Positions 39,801 through 49,116 are shown, counted from the first letter of the stretch. The stretch: DNA of 64,000 bases from Alphaproteobacteria bacterium (GCA_005884685.1 VBAH01000017.1:147152-211151), one strand, 5' to 3'. Notes: a model not told the origin generated them from the letters alone. Numbers and translations are program-made.

Positions 39801-40611
39801 ACAAGGCGTGGCTTGGCGCTGCCTTGACTTTGGCGCTCGCGCGCCATGGCACGGCGACAGTACCGCGACCATCGCCGCCCGCGACCGCCGGCCGCGCGAG
39901 CGTCACCGTACCCTCGAAACGCGGAGAACTGTCTTCAAGCCGCAACGCGCCGTCGGCCTCGATCGCGAGGGGGCGATCCGACGGATCGAGCGCGAGCCGC
40001 AGCTTCACGCTGCCGTCGTCGCCGACACGGCTCGTCGCCAGCCGATAGCCGTAGCGCTCGCCCGCCGCGATGAACCCGCCCTCGCCCTTCGCGGGACCGA
40101 GCAGGGAGCGCAAGTCGCCATTGAACCAGAGGCCCTGGAGCGAAACGGTCGTGCCGCTCGCCGCGTCGGCGAATACGAGCCGTCCGTCGTCGATTGCGAG
40201 TTTGTCGATCAGGAACTGCTCGGGATCGAAACCGACGCGCAGGACAGGCAGATCGGCGCGCCCATTCGCCGCAACGCCAATCGAAAGCTCCGGCCCGGCC
40301 ACGCGCAGTTCGGACGCGCGGACCGCGCCGCGCATCAGCGAGCCGAGCGCCAGTTCAGCATGGAGTTCGCGCACCTTCGCGTGCGGCTGCGACACGCTGC
40401 CGAACTCGACCCGACCTAACGTGAGCGTCGGCGTCGGCAGGATGCGCACGTCGATCGGCCCGGCGATGCGCACCGGCATGCCGGCAAGCTGCGTCGCCTC
40501 GCGCTCAAACGTCGCGCGGTACTGCGACCAGTCGACAAAATGCGGACCCACCAGCGCCGCGATGAGCGCCAGGATGATGGCCGTACTCAATCCGAGCAGA
40601 GTCGCCTGCAA
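36844..40611 (-). CDS. AsmA-family large envelope protein
   Basis: 1255 aa, N-terminal TM anchor, long beta-rich body, charged (RREAE)n segment and Pro/Ala-rich tail. Apparent TTG start. Confidence 0.8.
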   Translation of the reverse strand: MQATLLGLSTAIILALIAALVGPHFVDWSQYRATFEREATQLAGMPVRIAGPIDVRILPTPTLTLGRVEFGSVSQPHAKVRELHAELALGSLMRGAVRASELRVAGPELSIGVAANGRADLPVLRVGFDPEQFLIDKLAIDDGRLVFADAASGTTVSLQGLWFNGDLRSLLGPAKGEGGFIAAGERYGYRLATSRVGDDGSVKLRLALDPSDRPLAIEADGALRLEDSSPRFEGTVTLARPAVAGGDGRGTVAVPWRASAKVKAAPSHALFEQLEYSYGPEARALKLTGTAEFRFGKEPRFDSVLSARQIDLDRAMALPDASGRLPLAALKAFIEPLAASYRPRFPVRLGIGVDAVTLAGGTLQNMRGDIKLDNDGWDIETLEFRAPGFAQIRLSGKVAAAPQGVTFKGPAQIEASDPKLFAAWLEGRADAVQHQAGLLRASGDLAIGPQEFAVERLKLEFDRKTVEGRLAYVANGARPPRLDAELKAGELDIDGMLAFARAALDGSAIERPREVALTVDIGRASLAGVAVKGVSGTFKLDPAGLTFDRVRIADLADAAFNLNGRMEGALDAPRGTVTFDIDARGLDGTVAVLTKYWPEAADLLRQAAAKIVPLKTRATLGIEPVSATDPRGNSKVTLALDGTAGTLRMKIGAEAAGDLGALRLPVFRLDGQVTATDGSALTALLGLDRALNVDKRAGTLSVAVRSAAGSDARVDVKLNAGGLAASASGTARLFDAKGFATAVDLTMQAADMSPLRRGALTQPTALLPVAMRARLTASANEVALESISGAVGGSPVRGKLVLGLGTSKRIEGQIDADTIEVPALIAMAVGMPRSVARADAPAWAGDPFGDGALDGLEGRIDFTAGRVGLTPVLVARQTRGTVRLGAGEIAIELAEGTLANGRATGQLILRRGADGLAARGKFSLLGGDAAQLLPSDGKAAVLGRVALQAEVEGSGLSPASLIGSLAGAGTITLEDAQLAGLDPKAFNAAIRAVEQGAAIDAPRIREIVTTVLDGGALAVPRLDAAVTVNAGQARIAPTTVLGQGADLSFAANADLADATLDARLTLSGPMITEGSSAIRPEILVTLKGPYAAPKRTVDASTLSGWLMLRSVERQAKQIDAMEAQRREAERREAEQRREAERRDAERRDAEARAVTSTIPAAFPAPPAIAEEAPAPPAAATPRVIRPHAPSRTPAPGAEPAPALPPPLNIGPAPGAAKSNRLPRPAGSAAAQNPPPQAAPPPAPRSALETLFGIQR

Positions 40612-40729
40612 AAGCGTGCTCCGAGCCCTTCGGTCGCGCGTTCGCGAACCGTCTCAGCCCCAATGCCGACTATGCGCCGAGTTTAGCCGATTCAACGCGG
40701 CGATTATATGTCGGATCGGCCTAAGTCGA

Positions 40730-42139
40730 TCAAAATGCGACGATTTTTCCCGGATTCATGAGGTCCTGAGGGTCGAGCGCATGCTTGATCGCCCGCATCG
40801 CCGCCAGCGCCTCGCCGTGCTCGGCCTGAAGGTATTTCATCTTGCCCTGGCCGACGCCGTGCTCGCCGGTACAGGTGCCCTCCATGGCGAGCGCGCGTTC
40901 CACCAGCCGCTCGCTGAACGCCTTGGCGGTCGCCACCTCTGCCGGATCGTTCATGTCGAGCAGCACCGAGGTATGGAAATTGCCGTCGCCGACATGCCCG
41001 ACGATCGGCGCGAGCATGTTGTGCTCGGCGATGTCGCGCTGGGTTTCGGTGACACATTCGGCGAGGCGCGACAGCGGCACGCAGACGTCGGTCGCGAACG
41101 CCTTCGCACCCGGCCGCAGGCCGATCACCGCCCAGTAGGCATCGTGGCGCGCCTGCCAGAGCCTGTTGCGTTCCTCGGTATTGGTGGTCCAGGTGAACGG
41201 GCCGCCGCCGAGATCCGCCGCGATCTCGCCGAAGCGCGCCGATTGTTCCGCGACGCCGGCCTCGGTGCCATGGAACTCAAGAAACAACAGCGGCGACTCC
41301 GGCAAGGTGAGCTTGGAGTAGGCATTGCACGCCTTCACCTGCAGCTCGTCGAACAGTTCGATGCGCGCGACCGGAATGCCCGACTGGATCGTCGCGATGG
41401 TCGCGTTGCAGGCGGCCTCGACCGAGGGAAACGGGCAGATGCCGCCGGAAATCGCCTCCGGGATGCCGTGCAGCTTGACGGTGATCTCGGTGATGACGCC
41501 GAGGGTGCCTTCCGAGCCGACGAACAGCCGCGTGAGGTCATAGCCGGCGGAGGATTTCTTGGCGCGCCGCGCGGTCGAGATCAATTCGCCGCTCGCCAGC
41601 ACCACCTTCAGCGCCAGCACGTTGTCCTTCATCGTGCCGTAGCGCACGGCGTTCGTGCCGGACGCGCGCGTCGCCGTCATGCCGCCGATCGAGGCGTCGG
41701 CGCCAGGATCGATCGGAAAGAACAGACCCTGGTCGCGCAGATATTCGTTGAGCTGCTTGCGCGTCACACCCGGTTCGACAACGCAATCAAGGTCCTCGGC
41801 GTGGACGGCGAGAACGCGGTTCATGTCGCGGAAGTCGAGCGTGACGCCGCCCTGCGGCGCGTTGATGTGGCCTTCGAGCGACGTGCCGGTGCCGTAGGGG
41901 ATGACCGGTACGCGATGCTGCACGCAAATGCGCACCGCGTCCTGCACGTCCTCGGCTGTTTGCGGGAACACGACCGCATCGGGTGGCTGGTTCTCGATCC
42001 AGGTCAGGGTGTTGCCGTGCTGCTCGCGCACCGCCTGCGAGGTCACGAGGCGGTTGCCGAATTTCGCGGCGAGCGCACCGATCGCGGCTTTCACAGCCTT
42101 CTCATTGCGCGGCTGCGCCGCCAGTTCCGCCATGGCCAT
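40730..42139 (-). CDS. FAD-linked oxidase (D-lactate dehydrogenase / GlcD-like)
   Basis: FAD_binding_4 pattern (...VIPYGTGTSLEGH...) and a C-terminal FAD-oxidase domain. Start trimmed to MAMAELAAQ. Confidence 0.85.
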   Translation of the reverse strand: MAMAELAAQPRNEKAVKAAIGALAAKFGNRLVTSQAVREQHGNTLTWIENQPPDAVVFPQTAEDVQDAVRICVQHRVPVIPYGTGTSLEGHINAPQGGVTLDFRDMNRVLAVHAEDLDCVVEPGVTRKQLNEYLRDQGLFFPIDPGADASIGGMTATRASGTNAVRYGTMKDNVLALKVVLASGELISTARRAKKSSAGYDLTRLFVGSEGTLGVITEITVKLHGIPEAISGGICPFPSVEAACNATIATIQSGIPVARIELFDELQVKACNAYSKLTLPESPLLFLEFHGTEAGVAEQSARFGEIAADLGGGPFTWTTNTEERNRLWQARHDAYWAVIGLRPGAKAFATDVCVPLSRLAECVTETQRDIAEHNMLAPIVGHVGDGNFHTSVLLDMNDPAEVATAKAFSERLVERALAMEGTCTGEHGVGQGKMKYLQAEHGEALAAMRAIKHALDPQDLMNPGKIVAF

Positions 42140-42215
42140 ATCGTATCCCGCCCGGTTTCGCGGCCGGACCCTACCAGAGCGATGGGTTTGTCCGCAAAGA
42201 CGGACCGCGCGCGAT

Positions 42216-42728
42216 CTAGACGACCTCAAGACGCAGGGTGTTGGGGGGCGCGTCGCGCACCGTGCAGCCCACCGGCGAATGCGCCTCGGAAAAGCGCACC
42301 AGGTCCTGAAGCTGTTCCGCCGTCGCGTTCTCGGCGGCGATCTTCACATGGGTGCGCAACGCCGCGTGGCCGGCCGAGACGCTCGCGTCCATACCGAGGA
42401 TGCCACGGTTGTCACCGTCCGCTTCGACCGTGACCTCGAGCGCTGTCAGGTTGATGCCGCGGCGCGCCGCGTTCATCGCGATCGCGGTCGAGCAGCAGGC
42501 CGCGATCGACGCGCGGAAATACCAGCCGGGATTTGGTGCCGATGCCTCTCCGCCCATCGCCTTGGTCATGTCGGTCACGATCTTCTCGCCGGAGGGGCCG
42601 GTAACGCTGCATTTGAGTCCATCCGCCAGCGTCGCTGTCGCCGGGGCATACTTGGCGCGCGCCTTTTCGGGGTTGGCCTTGAGCGCGGCCGTCAGATTTT
42701 CGAGCGTCGATGCAATCGGAGACGTCAT
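42216..42728 (-). CDS. OsmC-family peroxiredoxin-like protein
   Basis: 170 aa. The second conserved Cys context (...AHSPVGCTV...) is typical of OsmC/Ohr. The 411-aa track ORF is an over-extension. Confidence 0.8.
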   Translation of the reverse strand: MTSPIASTLENLTAALKANPEKARAKYAPATATLADGLKCSVTGPSGEKIVTDMTKAMGGEASAPNPGWYFRASIAACCSTAIAMNAARRGINLTALEVTVEADGDNRGILGMDASVSAGHAALRTHVKIAAENATAEQLQDLVRFSEAHSPVGCTVRDAPPNTLRLEVV

Positions 42729-42827
42729 CGTGTCCTCCTGCGCTGCCGCATGGTGCTTCAAATCTTCGTTGAACCGGAAGAAACAGTTCCACCCCGCTGC
42801 GAATATGGCAATATCACCGCGCCGGGG

Positions 42828-43346
42828 ATGATGGGAATGCTCGACCGTACCGATCTCGAACCACTGTTCTTTGCCCCGTTCGTTTCCTCCGTGATGCGGG
42901 TCGAGCCCGCCTGGATCGATTACAACGGCCATCTCAACATGGCCTATTACAACGTGCTGTTCGACCGCTGTGTCGATGAAGCCTACGAACTGCTTGGGAT
43001 CGGTGCCGAGTATCTGAGCAGGCAAGCCCACTCCACCTTCACGGCCGAGGCGCATGTGCGCTACCTGCGCGAACTGCACGAAGGCGACCCGGTGCGCGTG
43101 ACGTTTCAGTTGCTCGATTGCGACGAGAAGCGCATCCACTATTTCCAGCAGTTGTTCCACGCGACCGAGGGCTGGATGTCGGCGACCTCGGAGAACATGA
43201 CGCTGCACGTCAACATGACGTCGAAGAAGGTCGCGCCGTTCCCCGACAAGGTGATGCGCACGCTGGCGCGCATGAAAACGGCGCACGCGCGCCTGCCCCG
43301 GCCGGAAGCGGCCGGGCGGCGCATCGCGATGCCGGCGAGAGGCTAG
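42828..43346 (+). CDS. Acyl-CoA thioesterase, hotdog fold (4HBT/YbgC-like)
   Basis: ...RVEPAWIDYNGHLNMAYYNVLFD... hotdog catalytic region. Start trimmed. Confidence 0.8.
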   Translation: MMGMLDRTDLEPLFFAPFVSSVMRVEPAWIDYNGHLNMAYYNVLFDRCVDEAYELLGIGAEYLSRQAHSTFTAEAHVRYLRELHEGDPVRVTFQLLDCDEKRIHYFQQLFHATEGWMSATSENMTLHVNMTSKKVAPFPDKVMRTLARMKTAHARLPRPEAAGRRIAMPARG

Positions 43347-43435
43347 CTTTAGTTCCACGCATAAGCGGTTCACCCCTCGCCAAAGCAGGGGCGCGATGCC
43401 ATTTTCAGGGCACAGGATTCGCCGAAAGCTTGGTA

Positions 43436-45853
43436 GTGGCTGAGATTTCACGTCAACAATTCATCGGCCCCGCGCCCGCCTCCGGCGGGATTGCGGCGCG
43501 TGCGCGCGCCAACGTGGCAGCCCCCTATCTGGCAGGACTGAACCCCGAGCAGCGCGAGGCCGTCGAGACGCTCGATGGGCCGGTGCTGGTGCTCGCAGGT
43601 GCCGGAACCGGCAAGACCCGCGTGCTGACGACCCGGATCGCGCACATCCTCTCGCTCGGCCGTGCGCGCCCCTCCGAGATCCTCGCCGTCACGTTCACCA
43701 ACAAGGCCGCGCGCGAGATGAAGAGCCGCGTCGGCGCCATGGTCGGGCAGATCGTCGAAGGAATGCCGTGGCTTGGCACCTTTCATTCCATCGGCGTGAA
43801 GATTCTCCGCCGCCATGCCGAGCTGGTGGGTCTCAAGCCCGATTTCACCATCCTCGACGTCGACGATCAGATCCGGCTTTTGAAGCAACTGTTGGAAGCC
43901 GGCAACATCGATGAGAAACGCTGGCCGGGGCGCGTGCTCGCTTCAATCATCGACGGCTGGAAAAATCGCGGGCTCACCCCGGACAAAGTCCCGCCCGGCG
44001 AAGCCGCGACGTTCGCGAACGGCCGCGGCATCGAGCTTTACAAGGCCTATCAAGCGCGGCTGAAAACGCTGAACGCGGCCGATTTCGGCGACCTTCTGAT
44101 CGAGATGCTGCGCCTGTTCCGCGAGCACCCGGAAGTGCTGCGGCAATATCACGAGCGCTTCAAATACGTGCTGGTCGACGAGTATCAGGATACCAACGTC
44201 GCACAGTACCTCTGGCTCCGCCTCATCGGGCAGGGCTCGAAGAACCTCTGCTGCGTCGGCGACGACGACCAGTCGATCTACGGCTGGCGCGGCGCGGAGG
44301 TCGACAACATCCTGCGCTTCGAGAAGGACTTTCCCGGCGCCAAGGTCATCCGCCTCGAACGCAACTACCGCTCTACCGCGCATATCCTCGGCGCCGCCTC
44401 GCACCTGATCGCGCACAACGAGGGCCGGCTGGGCAAGACCCTGCGCACCGAGGATGAGCCGGGTGAGAAGGTCACTGTTACCGGCGCGTGGGACTCGGAA
44501 GAGGAAGCGCGCGCGGTCGGCGAGGAGATCGAGGAGCTGCAGCGTGCCGGCCACTCGCTCGAGGAGATTGCCATCCTGGTGCGCGCCTCGTTCCAGATGC
44601 GCGAGTTCGAGGACCGTTTCGTCACCCTCGGGCTGCCCTATCGGGTGATCGGCGGCCCGCGCTTCTACGAGCGCGCCGAAATCCGCGACGCGCTCGCCTA
44701 TCTGCGTCTGGTCAATCAGCCGGCGGACGATCTCGCGTTCGAGCGCATCATCAACACACCGCGGCGTGGACTGGGCGATGCGACGCTGCAGCAGCTCCAG
44801 CTCCATGCGCGCAAGGCGAACGTGCCGCTGCTCGAGGCTGCGCGCGCGCTGACGCAGACCGAAGAGCTGAAGGCAAAACCGCGCGGCGCATTGCGCGACC
44901 TCGTCGCCGCATTCGACCGCTGGCGCGCGAGCAAGGACATGCTGCCGCACACCGAGCTGGCCGAGATCGTGCTCGATGAGTCCGGCTACACCGAGATGTG
45001 GCAGAAGGACCGCTCAGCCGATGCGGCCGGCAGGCTGGAGAACCTGAAAGAGCTGGTCCGCTCGATGGAGGAGTTCGAGAACCTCGCTGGTTTCCTCGAG
45101 CACATTTCGCTCGTGATGGACACCGATCGGGGCGAAGGCAACGAAGCCGTCTCGATCATGACGCTGCATTCCGCGAAGGGCCTGGAGTTCGACACCGTGT
45201 TCCTGCCCGGCTGGGAGGAGGGCCTGCTACCGCACCAGCGCTCGCTCGACGATCAGGGGCGCGCAGGCCTCGAAGAGGAGCGCCGTCTGGCGCATGTCGG
45301 GATCACGCGCGCGCGCCGCCGCGCGAAGATTTACTTCACGTCGAACCGCCGCATCCACGGCTCCTGGTCATCCAGCATTCCGTCGCGCTTCCTCGACGAG
45401 TTGCCCGAGGCCCATGTGCAGGTAACCGAGGCCAAAGGCGGCTTCGGCAACTTCGGCCAGAACTACGGCGCCTCGCGCTTCGACACGATGGAAAGCTTCG
45501 GCTCGAACTACACGACGCCGGGCTGGCAGCGCGCGCAGGCGCGCAAGACACGCAGCGGGGGGTTCGAAGACGACGCGGACGATTATCTGCAGGACGCGCC
45601 GGTCGCCGAGACGGCGCCATCGCGGCCCGAACGCGGCCGAGCCGGTGCGCCCAAGCGCCGCGTGCCGCTCACCATCGAGGGCGAACTGGTCGCGAAGTCC
45701 ACCGGCACGTCGCCGTTCACGCTCGGCGACCGCGTCTTCCATCTGAAATTCGGTAACGGCAACGTGACGCACATCGACGGCAACAAACTCACCATCGCGT
45801 TCGACCGGGCCGGCGAAAAACGTGTGGTGGATTCATTTGTGGAACGGGTTTGA
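43436..45853 (+). CDS. uvrD: ATP-dependent DNA helicase UvrD/PcrA family
   Basis: AGAGTGKTRVLT, VDEYQDTN, TLHSAKGLEFD. GTG start at 43436 chosen; the track ORF begins inside the upstream gene. Confidence 0.93.
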   Translation: MAEISRQQFIGPAPASGGIAARARANVAAPYLAGLNPEQREAVETLDGPVLVLAGAGTGKTRVLTTRIAHILSLGRARPSEILAVTFTNKAAREMKSRVGAMVGQIVEGMPWLGTFHSIGVKILRRHAELVGLKPDFTILDVDDQIRLLKQLLEAGNIDEKRWPGRVLASIIDGWKNRGLTPDKVPPGEAATFANGRGIELYKAYQARLKTLNAADFGDLLIEMLRLFREHPEVLRQYHERFKYVLVDEYQDTNVAQYLWLRLIGQGSKNLCCVGDDDQSIYGWRGAEVDNILRFEKDFPGAKVIRLERNYRSTAHILGAASHLIAHNEGRLGKTLRTEDEPGEKVTVTGAWDSEEEARAVGEEIEELQRAGHSLEEIAILVRASFQMREFEDRFVTLGLPYRVIGGPRFYERAEIRDALAYLRLVNQPADDLAFERIINTPRRGLGDATLQQLQLHARKANVPLLEAARALTQTEELKAKPRGALRDLVAAFDRWRASKDMLPHTELAEIVLDESGYTEMWQKDRSADAAGRLENLKELVRSMEEFENLAGFLEHISLVMDTDRGEGNEAVSIMTLHSAKGLEFDTVFLPGWEEGLLPHQRSLDDQGRAGLEEERRLAHVGITRARRRAKIYFTSNRRIHGSWSSSIPSRFLDELPEAHVQVTEAKGGFGNFGQNYGASRFDTMESFGSNYTTPGWQRAQARKTRSGGFEDDADDYLQDAPVAETAPSRPERGRAGAPKRRVPLTIEGELVAKSTGTSPFTLGDRVFHLKFGNGNVTHIDGNKLTIAFDRAGEKRVVDSFVERV

Positions 45854-46009
45854 GCCGAATCTGACAGTTTTTCTACACAAAGCATTTGCTTTGCAGCCGG
45901 AGGCCGCGCGTCCGCCGCGCCGAACATTGCGGTTGCGATTGGCCGCGCAAAAGCGCAGTGTGCGCGTGGCTAACGCCGTCCCTACATCGAGGATCTACTG
46001 GAGATACTA

Positions 46010-46213
46010 ATGGCTAGCGGAAACGTGAAGTGGTTCAACCCGACCAAAGGCTACGGCTTCATTCAGCCGTCGGACGGCGGAAAGGACGTCTTCGTGCACA
46101 TCTCGGCCGTCGAACGCGCCGGACTGAGCACGCTCAACGAAGGCCAGCGCGTGGAATACGAACTGGTGAGCAATCGCGGCAAGACCTCGGCGGAGAATCT
46201 GAAGGTCAGCTAA
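46010..46213 (+). CDS. cspA: Cold-shock protein CspA family
   Basis: MASGNVKWFNPTKGYGFIQP...VFVHISAV, 67 aa, preceded by an untranslated region of about 150 nt. Confidence 0.97.
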   Translation: MASGNVKWFNPTKGYGFIQPSDGGKDVFVHISAVERAGLSTLNEGQRVEYELVSNRGKTSAENLKVS

Positions 46214-46238
46214 GCGGCTTCCATCGGATACTGGCGAC

Positions 46239-46271
46239 ATGCGCGGGCTCGAGGCCCGCGCATCCGTTTTT
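46239..46271 (+). terminator. Rho-independent terminator of cspA
   Basis: ATGCGCGGGC-TCGAG-GCCCGCGCAT (10-bp perfect stem) followed by CCGTTTTT. Confidence 0.85.
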
Positions 46272-46285
46272 GAGGGACGCGCGCG

Positions 46286-46768
46286 ATGACCTCGGGCGCC
46301 GCGATCACGATCTACATCGACGCCGACGCCTGCCCGGTGAAGCAGGAAGTCTATCGCGTCGCCGAGCGGCACGGCCTGAAGGTCTTCGTCGTCAGCAACA
46401 GCCCGATTGCGGTGCCGCGTGATCCGCTGATCCAGCGCGTGGTCGTCGCCGCCGGCATGGATGCGGCCGATGACTGGATCGCCGAACGCGCCGGCAGCGG
46501 CGCGCTCGTGGTCACGCAGGATATTCCGCTCGCGGCGCGCGTCGTGAAGGCCGGCGGCATCGCGATCGCGCCGAACGGCAAGCCGTTCTCGGAAAGCTCC
46601 ATCGGCATGGCGCTCGCCACACGCAACCTGATGGATCAGTTGCGTTCGGCCGGCGCGGTCACCGGCGGCCCGCAGCCGTTTGCGCCGAAGGACCGCTCGG
46701 CGTTCCTGCAAAGCCTCGAGCGCGAGATCGTCCGGCTGAAGCGCGCCGGGTTCGCCGCTACCCCTTGA
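46286..46768 (+). CDS. YaiI/YqxD-family protein (UPF0178/DUF188)
   Basis: ...[23 protein letters not shown]...[10 protein letters not shown]... Confidence 0.85.
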   Translation: MTSGAAITIYIDADACPVKQEVYRVAERHGLKVFVVSNSPIAVPRDPLIQRVVVAAGMDAADDWIAERAGSGALVVTQDIPLAARVVKAGGIAIAPNGKPFSESSIGMALATRNLMDQLRSAGAVTGGPQPFAPKDRSAFLQSLEREIVRLKRAGFAATP

Positions 46769-47165
46769 GGCTCTCCGGGATCTTCCCGCCGCCTTCGGCG
46801 AGCCTCTCCATCACCTGCTTATGCAGCCAGATATTCATCTCGGCCGAGCCGTCGAGTGCGCCCTTGTAGCCGAGCTCCTGCGCGAGTTCCTTGCGCGACG
46901 CGAGGCTGCTGTCGAGGTCCAACAGCTTCATCAGGTCGACGATCGATTGCTTCCAATTATACTTCACACCTCGTCTCGCTTCGATCGCGGCGATCTGTGC
47001 CTCGACTTCGCTGCGGGAGATCGGGGCCGGAGCGGTGGATGCGGAAGAAGCTGACGGCGCCCCGGAGCCGGGCGCGGCCGGTCCACCCGATGGCGCTGGT
47101 CTTGTTGCGGCCGTGGACGAGCCGGACCCGAAAATGGCGTTCGCGATGCTGCTGAAGATACCCAT
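46758..47165 (-). CDS. DUF3597-domain protein
   Basis: [13 protein letters not shown]..., low-complexity linker, C-terminal ...[32 protein letters not shown]... Confidence 0.8.
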   Translation of the reverse strand: MGIFSSIANAIFGSGSSTAATRPAPSGGPAAPGSGAPSASSASTAPAPISRSEVEAQIAAIEARRGVKYNWKQSIVDLMKLLDLDSSLASRKELAQELGYKGALDGSAEMNIWLHKQVMERLAEGGGKIPESLKG

Positions 47166-47311
47166 GCGGCCTCCTGTCGCCTCCGACGCCGCGGAAATAA
47201 CTCATCACCCGCCCGACACAGTCGGCGCCATATTCCCGAATGCGGATTTGCGACAATCGTTCCGCACACAGGTCGGGTGACTTGTCCGCGCGGTGACGTC
47301 CCCGTTCATCT

Positions 47312-47337
47312 GGAACAGGTTGGTCGCGCGTTGCGTT
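47312..47337 (+). promoter_or_regulatory. Candidate EcfG-type (general stress response ECF sigma) promoter GGAAC-N17-CGTT
   Basis: GGAAC at 47312-47316 and CGTT at 47334-47337, about 50 nt upstream of the YidB-like gene. Confidence 0.4.
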
Positions 47338-47388
47338 ACGTCCGACCCAGGCAATCGGAGGTGATTGCGTCAACGGCGGAGAAAAACC

Positions 47389-48006
47389 ATGGGCCTGATG
47401 GACGTCCTCAATGGAATGCAGAATGGCCCGCGCGGCCCGCGCCAGGCCGCGCCCGGCGGCGGCATGTCGCCCTGGATGATGGCCCTGCTCGGCTTGCTCG
47501 CCTACAAGGCGATGAAGGGCCGCGGAGCCGCAAACCTACCGGGTGGCAATGGCAGCGGTCCAATGCCCGACCCACGAACGGCGGGCGCTCCGGGCGGTGG
47601 CCTGGGCGACATTCTCGGCGGCCTGTTCGGCGGCGGCGCGCGCCCGGGCATGGGTGGCGGCGGAATGGGTGGCGGACTGGGCGGCATTCTCGGCGGCCTG
47701 CTGGCCGGCGGCGCGGCAGGCGGGCTCCTCAACAACGGCTTGCGCAATCTCGTTGGCGATCTCGAGCAAAACGGTCAGGGCGAGGCGGCGCGGTCCTGGG
47801 TCGGCACCGGAGAAAACCAGCGCATCTCGGAGAGCGAGCTCGCGAACGCTGTCGGCATCAACGACATCGATGCGGTCGCGCAGCAGACCGGCATGCCGCG
47901 CGAGCAGGTGCTGTCATCGCTGAGCGAGCACCTGCCCGAGTTGGTCAACCAACTGACGCCGGATGGACGGCTGCCGACGGATGAGGAAGCCGGACAATGG
48001 GTATGA
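47389..48006 (+). CDS. YidB-family (DUF937) protein
   Basis: MGLMDVLNGMQNG..., Gly-rich centre, C-terminal ...SWVGTGENQRISESELANAVG...LPELVNQLTPDGRLP. Confidence 0.8.
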   Translation: MGLMDVLNGMQNGPRGPRQAAPGGGMSPWMMALLGLLAYKAMKGRGAANLPGGNGSGPMPDPRTAGAPGGGLGDILGGLFGGGARPGMGGGGMGGGLGGILGGLLAGGAAGGLLNNGLRNLVGDLEQNGQGEAARSWVGTGENQRISESELANAVGINDIDAVAQQTGMPREQVLSSLSEHLPELVNQLTPDGRLPTDEEAGQWV

Positions 48007-48076
48007 CGGGCGATCAGGTTCCCGGAACAACGGGATGGCCTCGGCCGTTTCCAACGCAAAGCCCGCGGAGGAAACA

Positions 48077-48415
48077 ATGGCAAGAGCAACCCGCAAGCAG
48101 CCCGCCGCAGACGTCTTGAGGCCAGAGGACCGCGTGCGGCTGGAATCTCCGCTTGGCCGCGAGAACGATTTCGGTGCCGACCCCGGCACCCTGGCGGAAG
48201 ACGAGATCCGCCATCCCGAAATCGAGTCGCATCCGAAAAGCGAGGTCACCGGCCGCCACGACGAGGGCAGCGGGGCAAACGAAACGATCGACGGGCTCGA
48301 CGAGATGCAGGAAGCCGTGCGCCACGCGACCGAGGACTTGCCGGCCTCCGAGCGCGGCGATGATTTCAAGAAGCTGCCGGTGTTCGATCGGGCGGAGAGC
48401 GAACCGAAGGTGTAG
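48077..48415 (+). CDS. Acidic hypothetical protein
   Basis: 112 aa with a GGAGGAAACA RBS 5' of the ATG. No domain recognised. Confidence 0.5.
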   Translation: MARATRKQPAADVLRPEDRVRLESPLGRENDFGADPGTLAEDEIRHPEIESHPKSEVTGRHDEGSGANETIDGLDEMQEAVRHATEDLPASERGDDFKKLPVFDRAESEPKV

Positions 48416-48468
48416 CGCCTCCCTTCCCGCCCGCTTCGGCCCGCAAGCCGGTATGCTATAGTGCCCCC

Positions 48469-48950
48469 ATGCCGACCCGTCCCACTGCGGATGAAGCCGA
48501 GCTGGTGCCCGCCCCGGACGCGGCCGCGCCCACTTACGAGCGCGATTTCTATTCATGGTCGCTCGACCAAGCGCGGCTCATTCGAGCCGGGCGGCTTACG
48601 GCTATTGCCGCGAAAATGTGGCGGAGGAGATCGAATCCTTGGGCCGCGAACAGTTCAGCAAGCTGGAAAGTGCGCTTCGTGTGCTCCTGCTGCACATGCT
48701 GAAGTGGGATCATCAACCGGACCTGCGGTCGCGTAGTTGGGCTCTTTCGATCAAGGAGCAGCGCATCGCGCTCGACGATGTCCTTGCCGACAATCCGGGT
48801 CTCAAGCCGCGCATCGCCGAGCCCATCATGCGCGGCTACCGCAGGACGCGGGTCGAGGCCGCGCGCGAGACCGGATTGGATGAGGAGCGATTTCCCGCGC
48901 AATGCCCCTATTCATGGGACGACATCGTTTCGCGCGGGTTTGCGCCGTAA
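48469..48950 (+). pseudogene. DUF29-family gene interrupted by a 1-nt frameshift near 48604-48612
   Basis: N-terminal part YERDFYSWSLDQARLIRAGRLTAI is in one frame. The conserved ENVAEEIESLGREQ...LLHMLKWDHQP...SWALSIKEQR...CPYSWDDI continues in the next frame. Confidence 0.75.
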
Positions 48951-48952
48951 TT

Positions 48953-49116
48953 CGTAGGGCGCAATAAGCAAAGCGCATTGCGCCGCAGGCGACGCCAGCC
49001 GAGAATTCCGCAAGACCCCAGTGGTGTTCGTTCTTCTTCTCGCCGTGTTGCGCGTTCGCCGAAGCATCGCGCTCCGCCGAGAAGCGGCGCAATGCGCTAC
49101 GCTTATTGCGCCCTAC
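48953..49116. mobile_element. MITE-like element with 33-bp terminal inverted repeats (GTAGGGCGCAATAAGC...GCATTGCGCCGC)
   Basis: Left arm 48953-48985 and right arm 49084-49116 match at 31 of 33 positions in inverted orientation, enclosing a 98-bp core. The right arm overlaps the last codons and stop of the ParA-like gene. Confidence 0.7.

Noticed and set aside
43347-43435. LexA (SOS) box upstream of uvrD
   Set aside because: GTTC...GTTC is present (GTTCCACGCATAAGCGGTTC), but the spacing is 12 nt rather than the alphaproteobacterial GTTC-N7-GTTC. The recN promoter is outside the window.
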